Positions 39,831-49,678 of a stretch of 64,000 nucleotides of DNA are shown here, in pieces. The stretch is from Chloroflexota bacterium (GTDB lineage Bacteria; Chloroflexota; UBA11872; VXOZ01), in NCBI GenBank assembly GCA_965221905.1, contig OZ244922.1, positions 832,001 to 896,000 of the forward strand, read 5' to 3'. Position 1 is the stretch's first letter; each line of letters starts with the position of its first letter. Below the pieces are notes generated by a model. It was not told the origin of the DNA, made no database searches, and saw only the letters and a program-made list of their open reading frames with translations. Made by a program: the position numbers and the translations under genes.

Positions 39831-40274
39831 TTAGCGTTTGGTAGCTTCCTTATTTAGCCTTGTGAAGAATTGCTTCATGAGCAGTTTGGCGGCTTGCTTC
39901 ATGAGGCGTTGGCCGACGCGGGCCAGGGTGCCGCCGGCTTGGGCGTCGCCTGCTACGTGGATGGTGGTGGCGCCGGGCTTGTCCTCGGTCAGCGTAAAAG
40001 CTCCTTCGCCTTTCACAAAGCCCGGGCCGCCCTTGCCTTCCACGATCATGCGATAGCCGTTGGGCGGGTCGCGGTCAGCCACCGCCACCGTGCCCTGGTA
40101 GCGGCCCTTGATGCCGGCCACGCCCACGTTCAGGGTCGCCGCAAAGGTATCCTCGCCGGTCGGTTCCAGCTTCTCGCAACCGGGAATGCACGCCGCCAGC
40201 ACGTCGGGGTCCTGCATTAGCTCCCAGACGCGATCTTTCCCCGCCTTGATCGTGAACGTGCCTTCTACCTTCAT
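39831..40274 (-). CDS. coxG: CoxG/SRPBCC family protein
   Basis: DPDVLAACIPGCE, GGTLARVGQRL; divergent from coxSLM. Confidence 0.85.
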   Translation of the reverse strand: MKVEGTFTIKAGKDRVWELMQDPDVLAACIPGCEKLEPTGEDTFAATLNVGVAGIKGRYQGTVAVADRDPPNGYRMIVEGKGGPGFVKGEGAFTLTEDKPGATTIHVAGDAQAGGTLARVGQRLMKQAAKLLMKQFFTRLNKEATKR

Positions 40275-40427
40275 GCGACATCCCTTTGCTCGGTATCCTT
40301 GGCTTTTTGCTATCCCAATCATACCGCCAACCATGATCGGCATCCTAATGTCTTGAAAGGCTTGTGCCATTCCAATCTTTCAATGTTATAAGGCTGTCGC
40401 TACCATTATTCATTGGATACGCCCAAC

Positions 40428-40482
40428 CGTTCATACATCGACCCTTCGGCAGGCTCAGGACAGGCAAGCTCAGCACGAACGG
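40428..40482. repeat. CCCTTCG(A/G)CAGGCTCAG-type REP-like repeat
   Basis: CCGTTC...CCCTTCGGCAGGCTCAGGACAGGCAAGCTCAGCACGAACGG; related copy near 26707. Confidence 0.6.
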
Positions 40483-40738
40483 CTGGTATTCGCTCAGGTG
40501 TTGCTCTTGGATACTACTACTAATCCGTTACTTCAACGGCCTCCGGAAGGACCGTCCGTTGCTGTCGACAGACGGACTTTGGGTTGGCCAACTTGCTGCG
40601 AACGGACTTCTCAGCCACTTGCGACTCATAATTGGCCTCTTTCATAAGTGATAGACACGTGTGTAATCATGGCGCAGTTGGTATACTAGACCAAATATTC
40701 TGGAGCATGCAGGCGCGCTTTGCGTAGGGGGTAGCGGT

Positions 40739-41215
40739 ATGCCCAATGAGATTTCGGTAACGATAAACGGCACACGTCGCACAAGCAGTGTCGAGCCGCG
40801 CACGTTGCTGGTGCACTATTTGCGTGACGACTTGGGACTCACCGGCACGCACGTTGGTTGCGATACCAGTCAATGCGGCGCGTGCACGGTGGTTGTGGAT
40901 GGCGCGGCGGTCAAGTCCTGTACGGTGCTTGCGGTGCAGGCGGACGGCGCCGAGGTAGTCACCATCGAAGGCCTGGCGCAGGATGGCAAGCTGCACCCGT
41001 TGCAGGAAGGCTTCTGGGAAGAGCACGGCTTGCAGTGCGGCTTCTGTACGCCCGGCGTCATTATGACCCTCCACCAGGTGTTGGAGGAAGAGCCGGACCC
41101 GAGCGAACAGGAGATTCGGCACAAGCTGGCAGGCAATATCTGCCGCTGCACCGGCTATCAGAACATCGTGAAAGCGGCCCAATTTGCCGCGCAGCGCATG
41201 CAGGAGCAGGCCTAA
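40739..41215 (+). CDS. coxS: Molybdenum hydroxylase 2Fe-2S subunit (CoxS/CutS)
   Basis: [27 protein letters not shown]. Confidence 0.92.
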   Translation: MPNEISVTINGTRRTSSVEPRTLLVHYLRDDLGLTGTHVGCDTSQCGACTVVVDGAAVKSCTVLAVQADGAEVVTIEGLAQDGKLHPLQEGFWEEHGLQCGFCTPGVIMTLHQVLEEEPDPSEQEIRHKLAGNICRCTGYQNIVKAAQFAAQRMQEQA

Positions 41216-41449
41216 TAGCGCCAACGGCGTTTGCGGTTTAGGCGGTGCGCGAGAGATGACCGGAGGCGGACTCCACCCGCTGCGCATACTCGATGAAACA
41301 GCCGCAAGCAGTCCGGTTGTCAAAGATGGGGGCCTCTTGCCATACCGAATTTGCAGACACAACCGGAAGTGCTCGTAGAGTAAAACTCACGAAAGAACAG
41401 TCCACCCAGTAACGGCGTCGGCCAGGTGCGTAAGTAAAGGAGCGAGGCG

Positions 41450-43831
41450 ATGATCGCGGGCCAAGTATCCAAATTGATCGGTTCGCGCGTGAAGCGCAAA
41501 GAAGACCCTCGCCTCATCACGGGTGAGGGTAAGTTTACCGATGACGTCATTCTGCCGGGCATGGCCTACATGGCGGTGCTGCGCAGTCCGTATGCCCACG
41601 CGCGTATCCTAAGCATCGATACAGCGCAGGCTGCCGCACACCCCGACGTGTTGGGTGTCATGACCGGTGCTGAAGTCAACGATCGCTGCAGTGAGCCTTT
41701 TCCGCTCTTTGCGATCCTGCCGGGCATGCAGTATCCGAAGCGCTGGCCGATGGCGGCGACGAAAGCGAATTACGTTGGCGAGCCGGTTGCCGCCGTGGTT
41801 GCCGGTTCGCGGGCGGCAGCGCGCGACGCGCTCGATCTCATCGAAGTAGACTACGATCCCCTCCCCGTCGTGACAGACATGGAGAAGGCGGTGGATGCAG
41901 ATGCGACCGTCATCTTCGAGGAATTGGGCTCCAACCTCTGCTACGAGGCGACCGATCAGGCGGGTGATCCGGACCGCGCCTTTGCCGAGGCCGACGGCGT
42001 GGTGGAAGCGCGCATGGAGCAGCCGCGCCTCATTCCGAATCCCATGGAGACGCGGGCAACAGTGGCGGACTATGAGCGCAGCAGCGGCAACGCTACTTTG
42101 TGGGTCACGACGCAGAACCCGCACATTGAGCGCATGGTCGCGGCCCGGATGCTGGGCATGCCGGAGAACAAGCTGCGCGTGGTCGCCATTGACGTGGGCG
42201 GCGGTTTCGGCTGCAAGATCAACACGTACTCCGAATCAATCATGGCTATCGTTCTGGCCGAGCATGTGGGCCGGCCGGTGAAGTGGGCGGAAGACCGCAC
42301 GGAGCATTTTGTCTCTACGAGCCACGGCCGAGGCCAGGCCCAATATGTGAAAGCCGCCTACAAGAAAGATGGCACTCTGCTGGGCATGAAGCTGAAGATT
42401 TACGCAGACTTAGGTGCGTACGCCCAGGTGATCTCCCACGTTATTCCGACCCTCACGCCTTCGCTGTCGCCGGGCGTCTACGGCATTCGCGACATTGGTT
42501 GGACCACGATAGGCGTCTTCACGAATAAGATACCCTACGACGCCTATCGCGGCGCGGGACGGCCGGAAGCGGCGTACATCATCGAACGGGTGATGGACTT
42601 GATCGCCGATGCGACGGGAGTAGACCCCGTAGCCGTGCGGCGAAAGAACTTCATCCCCAAGGACTCTTTCCCCTACGAGACGCCAACCGGGATGATCTAC
42701 GACTCCGGCGACTATGATGCGGCGCTGGATAAGGCGCTGGCAATCGCAGACTACGACAACCTGCGGGCGGAGCAAAAGAGCCAGCGCAAAGACGGGAGAA
42801 TCGTGGGGATCGGTGTGACCGTGACCACCGAGGTCTGCGGCTTCGGCCCCGCTGCCGCCATGGGCGGACTGGGGGGTTTCGAGAGCGCCACGGTGCGCGT
42901 TGATCCCATGGGCAAGGTCACAGTCCTTACCGGCGCGTCGCCCCACGGCCAAGGCGAGGAAACCTCCTTTGCGCAGATCGTAGCCGATGATCTTGGGGTT
43001 TCTTTCGAGGACATCGAGGTGATCCATGGCGATACAAGCATAGTCGCCAGGGGCGTCGGCACCTTCGGCAGCCGCACGCTGGTGGTGGGCGGCACGGCAA
43101 TCCTCAAGGCCAACGAACAGATCAAGGAGAAGGCCACACGCATCGCGACGGCGCTCCTGGAGGACAAGATCGGCGATACGCTCAACCCGCAACTGGTCAC
43201 GCTCGAGGACGGCATATTTGCCGTACAGGATATGCCCGACCAGTACGTTACCTGGGCCGAGGTAGGCGCCGAAGCCTACGACGGCCAGTTGTTGCCGGCA
43301 GACCTGGATCCCGGCTTGGAGGCGGTCTCCTTCTGGGAACCGCCGGGGCTGACGTTCCCCTTCAGCGCCCACATCGCGGTGGTTGAGATCGACCCGGACA
43401 CCGGCGAGGTCTCCCTGAAGCGCTACGTCTCTATTGACGACTGCGGCACGGTGATCAACCCCACACTCGTGGAAGGGCAAATCCACGGCGGCTTGGCACA
43501 GGGCATCGGACAGGCACTGCTGGAGCAGGCGGTCTGGGACGATGAAGGCCAGCTTGTTTCCGGTTCGCTCATGGACTACGCCATGCCGTTTGCAGAGGAA
43601 TTCCCCATGTTCGAGCTAGACCGGACGGTGACGCCAAGTCCGGTCAACCCCCTGGGCGCGAAGGGCATCGGCGAGATGGCGACCATCTCCGCCACGCCAA
43701 CGGTCGTCAATGCGGTCGTGGACGCGCTTTCGCCCCTCGGCGTGACACACGTGGACATTCCCATGACGGGGGAGCGCATTTGGCGGGTACTGCAGAAACA
43801 TGGCCGTAGCGGGAGAGGAGGCCGCTCATGA
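41450..43831 (+). CDS. coxL: Molybdenum hydroxylase large subunit, form II CoxL-like
   Basis: VGGGFG, AYRGAGR (form II motif), GQIHGGLAQGIG, AKGIGE. Confidence 0.9.
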   Translation: MIAGQVSKLIGSRVKRKEDPRLITGEGKFTDDVILPGMAYMAVLRSPYAHARILSIDTAQAAAHPDVLGVMTGAEVNDRCSEPFPLFAILPGMQYPKRWPMAATKANYVGEPVAAVVAGSRAAARDALDLIEVDYDPLPVVTDMEKAVDADATVIFEELGSNLCYEATDQAGDPDRAFAEADGVVEARMEQPRLIPNPMETRATVADYERSSGNATLWVTTQNPHIERMVAARMLGMPENKLRVVAIDVGGGFGCKINTYSESIMAIVLAEHVGRPVKWAEDRTEHFVSTSHGRGQAQYVKAAYKKDGTLLGMKLKIYADLGAYAQVISHVIPTLTPSLSPGVYGIRDIGWTTIGVFTNKIPYDAYRGAGRPEAAYIIERVMDLIADATGVDPVAVRRKNFIPKDSFPYETPTGMIYDSGDYDAALDKALAIADYDNLRAEQKSQRKDGRIVGIGVTVTTEVCGFGPAAAMGGLGGFESATVRVDPMGKVTVLTGASPHGQGEETSFAQIVADDLGVSFEDIEVIHGDTSIVARGVGTFGSRTLVVGGTAILKANEQIKEKATRIATALLEDKIGDTLNPQLVTLEDGIFAVQDMPDQYVTWAEVGAEAYDGQLLPADLDPGLEAVSFWEPPGLTFPFSAHIAVVEIDPDTGEVSLKRYVSIDDCGTVINPTLVEGQIHGGLAQGIGQALLEQAVWDDEGQLVSGSLMDYAMPFAEEFPMFELDRTVTPSPVNPLGAKGIGEMATISATPTVVNAVVDALSPLGVTHVDIPMTGERIWRVLQKHGRSGRGGRS

Positions 43832-44700
43832 TCCCGCAAGCGTTTGATTACTATGCGCCGACGTCGGTTGCCGACGCCCTGCGGTTGCTCAGGCAACATG
43901 GGGACGACGCGAAATTGCTGGCAGGCGGCCACAGCTTGCTACCCATCATGAAGCTCCGGCTTTCCACGCCGCAATGCTTGATCGACCTGGGCAGAATTCC
44001 GGAACTGCGTTTCATTCGCGAGGAAGACGACGGCGGACTGACCATCGGTGCGATGACGACCTATCACGACCTGATGCACTCGGCGGCAGTTAAGGCGCGG
44101 GTGCCTGCGCTCGCCGAGGCCGCGGGTGAGGTGGGTGACGTGCAAGTGCAGAACAAGGGCACCATCGGCGGCAGCTTGGCCCACGCCGATCCGGCTGGCG
44201 ACTTGCCCGCTGTGGCGCTGGCGTTGGGTGTCGAGCTTGTCACCGCCACGCCGCGCAGCAGCCGCACCTTGGCCATCGACCGCTTCTTCCGCGATCTGCT
44301 GACCACGGCGCTGCGGCCCACCGAGATTCTGACCGAAATTCGCGTGCCGGCCCTCCCGGCCCGCACCGGCGTTGCATACAAGAAGCTGCCGAATAAGGCC
44401 TCTCACTACGCCGTGGTGGGCGTGGCGGCGGTGATTTCGCTAGATGACGACGGTGTCTGCACAGAGGCGCGCGTGGGCGTGACCGGAGCCGGCCCAACCG
44501 CGGTTCGGGCGCGCAATACGGAGCGCATCCTCAAGGGCAAGCACATCGACGCGGCGGTCGTTAGCCGGGCCGCCAAACGCGCCGCCGCGAACATCGAGGA
44601 CATCAACGACGACCTCCACGCTTCGGCGGAATACCGAGAACATTTGACGACTGTGTTTGCTGCAAGGGCCATTGAGGAGGCGGTGTCGCGAGCTGGGTAA
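43828..44700 (+). CDS. coxM: Molybdenum hydroxylase FAD subunit (CoxM/CutM)
   Basis: AGGHSLLP, GTIGGSLAHADPAGD, ASAEYR. Confidence 0.92.
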   Translation: MIPQAFDYYAPTSVADALRLLRQHGDDAKLLAGGHSLLPIMKLRLSTPQCLIDLGRIPELRFIREEDDGGLTIGAMTTYHDLMHSAAVKARVPALAEAAGEVGDVQVQNKGTIGGSLAHADPAGDLPAVALALGVELVTATPRSSRTLAIDRFFRDLLTTALRPTEILTEIRVPALPARTGVAYKKLPNKASHYAVVGVAAVISLDDDGVCTEARVGVTGAGPTAVRARNTERILKGKHIDAAVVSRAAKRAAANIEDINDDLHASAEYREHLTTVFAARAIEEAVSRAG

Positions 44701-44792
44701 AGGCAACTGAAGTGAGCGTTGCGGTACCCGGAAGGCGGATCGCGTTGTAGGTAGTGTGACAGACAGCCTGACCAGCGCGTTATGACGGAAGT

Positions 44793-44820
44793 GTAGGGGC
44801 ACGACATGTCGTGCCCCTAC
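44793..44820. repeat. Perfect 28-bp GTAG-type REP palindrome
   Basis: GTAGGGGCACGACATGTCGTGCCCCTAC, identical to 47488-47515. Confidence 0.9.
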
Positions 44821-44967
44821 GTTTTTTGCCAAGCCTATAAGTTCGCCTCTGTTTGCATTGAGGCCAAAATCCAGGCAAGTAGCTATTCTAGATTCCAGCT
44901 TGAGCCGGCATGGGCGTTTTACTGGCGGGAACTGCACGGCGTGTGACGTTGAACCCTGGACGCAGAA

Positions 44968-45372
44968 ATGCGGATGGACGCGCGGACGATTAGGCATCTT
45001 ATGGAGGACGCATCGACGAACAGGATGTTCTGGATGGATACACATGACATCATGGCGCTGATAGGCCGCGCCCCCTGGCGTGAGGCGGTCACCTACAGGG
45101 ATACGTGGCCACACGAGTACGTCGTCATCAAGAAGGACGGCCAAGAGGAGTTGCTGGCCGCGTTCTGTGAGCGCATCGCGCGAGGCGAGGGCGTGGAGTG
45201 CGCGTTTTTCGGCCAGAGAAGGAAGTACCTCTTTCTGGGGGAGCACAAGTACTGGACCATGACGGACTGCCCCGATATAGACTTAGAGACAGAGGATTAT
45301 GTGCTGAACAGGGCCCTCTTGTACCGAGACCGCCGGGACTTCGTGATTGAACCTGGCGATACAGGGACGTGA
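44968..45372 (+). CDS. Conserved-looking hypothetical protein (W..A.TY...WPHEY...KYWTM...LNRA); true start probably further downstream
   Basis: Aromatic-rich motif pattern; directly upstream of the DUF4268 gene. Confidence 0.55.
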   Translation: MRMDARTIRHLMEDASTNRMFWMDTHDIMALIGRAPWREAVTYRDTWPHEYVVIKKDGQEELLAAFCERIARGEGVECAFFGQRRKYLFLGEHKYWTMTDCPDIDLETEDYVLNRALLYRDRRDFVIEPGDTGT

Positions 45373-45384
45373 AAGGAACGCACA

Positions 45385-46347
45385 ATGGATGCCTGTGAAG
45401 ATGAGTTTGAGCAGTTGGATGTCCACACCATGTGGCAGCATGAGGCGCACGACTTCACCCCGTGGCTCGCCGAGAATCTCCACATGCTGGGCGATGCGAT
45501 CGGATTGAAACTGGAATTTGTCCAGAGGGAGGTGCTGGTGGGACCGTACTTCCTGGACATCAAGGCGAAAGCGGCCGACGGCGGCGCGATAGTAGCCATT
45601 GAGAACCAATTGGAAGTGACCGACCTGCACCATCTCGGGCAACTGCTCACCTACGCCACCGGATGCGGGGCGCAGACCGCGGTATGGGTCGCGCCGGCAT
45701 TCGGCTACGAGCACGCGCAGGCCCTGCACCGGCTCAACGAATGGACGAAAGACAGCATCCGGTTCTACGGCGTCAAGGTCGAGGTCATCAAGCAGGCTGG
45801 TGGCGACCCTTCGCCTAGGTTTCGCAAGGTCGTGTGGCCCGGCGGCTGGTGCAAAGAGGCCACTCTCCAACCAGGAGAGATGGACCCGGAGCAACTGCGG
45901 TACCATGAGTTTTTCCGGCCACTGATCGCAAGACTGCTTAGAGATGGCTTTGCCGATAAGGCGGTCCAGCGCTTTTACTACGCCGACCGGATATTTCCCT
46001 CCCGCCTCAACCCGGGCATCGGGTACGCGGCGGAATTACACAGAGGCAGCGCCTGGGTGATACTGAGTATCCGAATGGAAGAAAAGGAGTGTACCAAGCG
46101 CATCTTCGACTTGTTGAAGGCCGACCGGGCGGAGATTGAACGGAGCGTCGACGCCGGTCCCGCTCTGGACTGGCATTGGCTCAGGCATGACAATTTCAGT
46201 TTCTCCTCCATATGCATCAGGAGAGATGGATCCATAAACTATCCTCCTGAGAAGCTGGAAGAGACCAGGGCATGGATGATTGATCTCCTTCCCAAGCTTA
46301 AGGAAGTCTTTGATCAGCGTCTCGCACACGTATTGGATTCCCGGTAA
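45385..46347 (+). CDS. DUF4268-domain protein with N-terminal NucS-like PD-(D/E)xK nuclease domain
   Basis: W.HEA.DFTPWL, DI...IENQL..TD..HLGQLLTYA; C-terminal DUF4268-like region. Confidence 0.75.
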   Translation: MDACEDEFEQLDVHTMWQHEAHDFTPWLAENLHMLGDAIGLKLEFVQREVLVGPYFLDIKAKAADGGAIVAIENQLEVTDLHHLGQLLTYATGCGAQTAVWVAPAFGYEHAQALHRLNEWTKDSIRFYGVKVEVIKQAGGDPSPRFRKVVWPGGWCKEATLQPGEMDPEQLRYHEFFRPLIARLLRDGFADKAVQRFYYADRIFPSRLNPGIGYAAELHRGSAWVILSIRMEEKECTKRIFDLLKADRAEIERSVDAGPALDWHWLRHDNFSFSSICIRRDGSINYPPEKLEETRAWMIDLLPKLKEVFDQRLAHVLDSR

Positions 46348-46684
46348 CCGCTATCCGGAGCAACCCCGTGGCCGCAAGCTTGTGTGAAGATTGGTTGCGC
46401 TACGTGCGAACAAGTAGGATTCGTCAGAGTGAACGAGAGGCATCTAGCCCTTGAAGGCGACCAGTAAATGGACCATTAGACCAGGTCCCGCTCTGAAGAG
46501 TCCTGTCCCGTTGAAGTCGTGGCAATCAGTGTGGGAAATTCTTGACGGATTGCCGCTATTTCATAGCTGGGTACGAATCCTCCCATCTCCATCAGGGAGA
46601 CTCGAACGGAACCCCATCGGTTGAAATCGCCTTCAACCCACAAAATACGGTGTCCGCGGCCTCTAGGAAGGGCAATATTAAGAA

Positions 46685-47413
46685 ATGCCGCCACAGCCTG
46701 TGCTGGTTTCGTGGTCGTCGGGGAAGGACTCGGCCTGGGCGTTGCACGTGCTGCGGCAGCAGCCGGAGCGGTACGACGTGCGGGGCATATTCACGACCGT
46801 AACGCCGTATTTCGATCGCGTGGCGATACAGGCGACGCCGTTGTGGGTGCTCCGTGTGCAGGCGGAGCGATTGGGTCTGCCGTTGTACGAAATTCCCATT
46901 CCCTATCCCTGTTCCAATGAAGAATACGAAGCGGCAATGGCGCAGTTTCTCGCTCAGGTACTCGCTCTTCCAGCCGATCTAACGGCCAACACCTTCGCTT
47001 TTGGCGATCTCTTTTTGGAGGACATTCGCGCGTACCGGGAGTCGAAACTCGCGGGCACGGGGTTTGACGCCATCTTCCCGGTCTGGGGCATGCCCACAGC
47101 GGAATTGGCACAGACGATGCTGCACGCTGGGCTCAAGGCGATAGTCACGGCGGTGAGTCCGTCTTCGCAGTTCGACCGCAGCTTTGCCGGCCGTTGGTTC
47201 GATCAGTCGCTCCTGGTAGACCTTCCCAATGGCACCGATCCGCTTAGCGAGAACGGGGAGTTCCACACCTGCGTCGTGGCCGGTCCCATGCTCAGCCGAC
47301 CGATACGTGCCCAGCCCGGCGAGATCGTCGGCAGGCCGGTCAGCCGCAACCACGACGGCGCCGGCGGCATGGTAACCGCATGGTATGCGGACGTTGTGCT
47401 GCAAGAGGACTAG
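46685..47413 (+). CDS. PP-loop ATP-binding protein (diphthine-ammonia ligase/Dph6-like)
   Basis: SWSSGKDS, FGDLFLEDIRAYRE, ENGEFHT. Confidence 0.85.
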   Translation: MPPQPVLVSWSSGKDSAWALHVLRQQPERYDVRGIFTTVTPYFDRVAIQATPLWVLRVQAERLGLPLYEIPIPYPCSNEEYEAAMAQFLAQVLALPADLTANTFAFGDLFLEDIRAYRESKLAGTGFDAIFPVWGMPTAELAQTMLHAGLKAIVTAVSPSSQFDRSFAGRWFDQSLLVDLPNGTDPLSENGEFHTCVVAGPMLSRPIRAQPGEIVGRPVSRNHDGAGGMVTAWYADVVLQED

Positions 47414-47487
47414 GGCGCAGTCCCTACAAGCGGCTTGAGATTTACAGTCCCACATCTACTGTCTTCGCCATTCACCTTGCTTGACAC

Positions 47488-47515
47488 GTAGGGGCACGAC
47501 ATGTCGTGCCCCTAC
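47488..47515. repeat. Perfect 28-bp GTAG-type REP palindrome
   Basis: Identical to 44793-44820. Confidence 0.9.
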
Positions 47516-47545
47516 CTCATTGGCGCCGTGGATCGGATATCCCAA

Positions 47546-48376
47546 TTAAGCAGGATCCAATGGCAGTTCCAGAAACTCAGCGAATGTCTGCAGGTAGCGT
47601 TCGCCGCCGAAGTGATAGACGTCGTCGTGATTTGCGCCGCGCACGATATAGAGCTGCTTTGGCTCATTGGCCGCTGCGTAAAGGGTATCCGCGTGTTTCA
47701 CCGGGACTTGCTCATCGCGGTCACCGTGAATGATGAGCACGGGCGCATGGATCGCGGCGAGGTGCTGGCGGTTGCTGTAGCGTGTATAGAGAAAAGGGCG
47801 CAGCGGCAGGAACGGGAACTGCACCCGCGCCATGTCCGGCGTGGACGTGAACGTGGATTCCAGAATTAGCCGGTAGGGTGGATTCTGGGTGGCAAGCTGG
47901 GACGCCACCGCCCCGCCCAGCGACTTGCCGTAGTACACGATGCCTTCGGGATTGACGTCGTCGCGACTCCGCAGATACATGAGCGCATCCTGGGCGTCTT
48001 GGTAGAGTCCGGGCTCCGAGGGTCTGCCCGCACTGCGCCCATACCCGCGGTAATCGAAGATAAAGAAACTGACGCCCAGCCGGACGTGCAGCCGCTTGAT
48101 GTATTCCACCCGTCCGGGGTGGGAAAGGTTGCTGCCGTTGCCGTGAAACCAGAGGATGGTTGTGTCGGTACGGCCGGGAACGAACCACCCGTGCAACCGC
48201 TCCCCCTCGCCGAACCAGACTTCCTCGTAGGCAAGTCCGAATTCTGCAGGCGTACTGTACGTCTCGTGGTCGGGAAAGTATATGAAGGTATCTTCCAGCC
48301 GCAGGACGCGCGCGAGAAGGACGAGTCCGGTCAGTACGAGTACGGCAATGACAATGCTTTCAACCATTTTCCGCAT
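47546..48376 (-). CDS. Alpha/beta hydrolase (ABHD13/Bem46-like)
   Basis: FHGNG, DYRGYG.S.G.PSE, GKSLGG, HGDRD, GANH. Confidence 0.88.
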   Translation of the reverse strand: MRKMVESIVIAVLVLTGLVLLARVLRLEDTFIYFPDHETYSTPAEFGLAYEEVWFGEGERLHGWFVPGRTDTTILWFHGNGSNLSHPGRVEYIKRLHVRLGVSFFIFDYRGYGRSAGRPSEPGLYQDAQDALMYLRSRDDVNPEGIVYYGKSLGGAVASQLATQNPPYRLILESTFTSTPDMARVQFPFLPLRPFLYTRYSNRQHLAAIHAPVLIIHGDRDEQVPVKHADTLYAAANEPKQLYIVRGANHDDVYHFGGERYLQTFAEFLELPLDPA

Positions 48377-48533
48377 GATTCTATCGGCGTCTTGCACGGA
48401 TTGGCATTTGATTTCAAACCCATCATACTAAAGGAGGAAACAGTTCGTTTTCTTGGAGTTCGTATAACTGCGTGTGCGGATTCTAGTCTCATTTCTAGAT
48501 CCAAGACTATGGAGAGCTAAAGGTAGCGGGACG

Positions 48534-49229
48534 ATGGTGCCTAATTTGGAGACAGTTTCCAATGATTGGCGGACCCTACCGGCCTACACAGTGAGTGAGG
48601 CCGCAAAGCTGGCGGGTACGACAGCGCCAACTGTTCGACGGTGGTTCTGGGGTAACGAAATCGCGCCCGTGTTTGGTGAACAGTCGCGTCCTGCAGAGCA
48701 ACCCGTTGCTATTTCTTTCCTTATGCTGGCCGAGATTGTAGTGGCGGTGCAGTTTCGCCGCAGTAACGTAAAGCTGGATACCATCCGACAGGCACACCAG
48801 TTTGCGCGTGAACACTTTGAGGTCGCGTATCCTTTTGCTTTCAAAGACTTCGAGGTGCTTGGCGGCCATGTCATGCATGAATTCGCGTTAGAGAGCGGCG
48901 AAGCGGCCCTATATCGCGCGGTTGATACGGCGGGTAGGCAAGCGGCATTGCCTATGGGGGTAATAAAGCGAATACGACAATTGGAGTTCGTTGCAGAGCA
49001 GGATTTTGCCGCGCGGTGGTTTCTGCTCGGTCGTGACATACCTGTAGTAGTGGATCCACGCTTCGCCGCTGGTCGCCCCTCCGTAGCGGGCAGTGGTATC
49101 CGGGCCGAAACTATCCTCGCGAGATTCTTCAGAGGTGGCGAGAGTATTGATGCGCTTGCTGAGGATTTCGAACTCAACTCCAATGTGATCGAGTACATCA
49201 TTCGCAACAAGCAGGCGCTTGCGGCGTGA
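48534..49229 (+). CDS. DUF433-containing antitoxin (VapB45-like)
   Basis: N-terminal YTVSEAAKL HTH, C-terminal VDPRFAAGRP DUF433; overlaps the PIN gene (GTGA). Confidence 0.8.
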   Translation: MVPNLETVSNDWRTLPAYTVSEAAKLAGTTAPTVRRWFWGNEIAPVFGEQSRPAEQPVAISFLMLAEIVVAVQFRRSNVKLDTIRQAHQFAREHFEVAYPFAFKDFEVLGGHVMHEFALESGEAALYRAVDTAGRQAALPMGVIKRIRQLEFVAEQDFAARWFLLGRDIPVVVDPRFAAGRPSVAGSGIRAETILARFFRGGESIDALAEDFELNSNVIEYIIRNKQALAA

Positions 49230-49621
49230 TCCTCTTCTTCGATGAGGACATGGGTACAGCTATCCCTAAGTTCCTCAGGGGCGCTGACGAGGATGTGGAA
49301 GTACTGTGGCTACGTGCGCGCTTTCCCAATGAGAACGACCCACGCCGCCAGGACATTGGATGGCTTGAGGAAGCCGGGCGAGAAGGCTGGCTGGTCGTCT
49401 CATGTAACAAGAGCATGCTCAAAGTGGAATATGAACGGCAGGCGGTAGTACAGCACGGCGTAGGGGTCGTGTTCTTGGCGAGCGGCCAAATCGGGCGGCT
49501 CCCTATGATGAGTGCCATACTGCGGAAATGGGATTGGCTCAAGTCGCTATACTTGACCGCACCACGCCCATTCGTCCATTACCTTTACGCAAGCGGAAGA
49601 ACCAGGCCCGCTAAAATCTAG
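49226..49621 (+). CDS. PIN-like toxin (VapC45-like)
   Basis: FFDEDM, DIGWLEEAGREGWLVVS pattern; coupled to the DUF433 gene. Confidence 0.75.
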   Translation: MILFFDEDMGTAIPKFLRGADEDVEVLWLRARFPNENDPRRQDIGWLEEAGREGWLVVSCNKSMLKVEYERQAVVQHGVGVVFLASGQIGRLPMMSAILRKWDWLKSLYLTAPRPFVHYLYASGRTRPAKI

Positions 49622-49678
49622 CACGGCTTGGTTCTTCTCACGCGAATTCGTCGCGGTGCAAACGCTCGTAGTGTCGCC

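Noticed and set aside
41450-43831. Bona fide aerobic CO dehydrogenase
   Set aside because: Active-site motif is AYRGAGR (form II), not AYXCSFR.
46476-46694. 72-aa minus-strand ORF
   Set aside because: No recognisable motif and overlaps the start of the PP-loop gene; at most a gene remnant.
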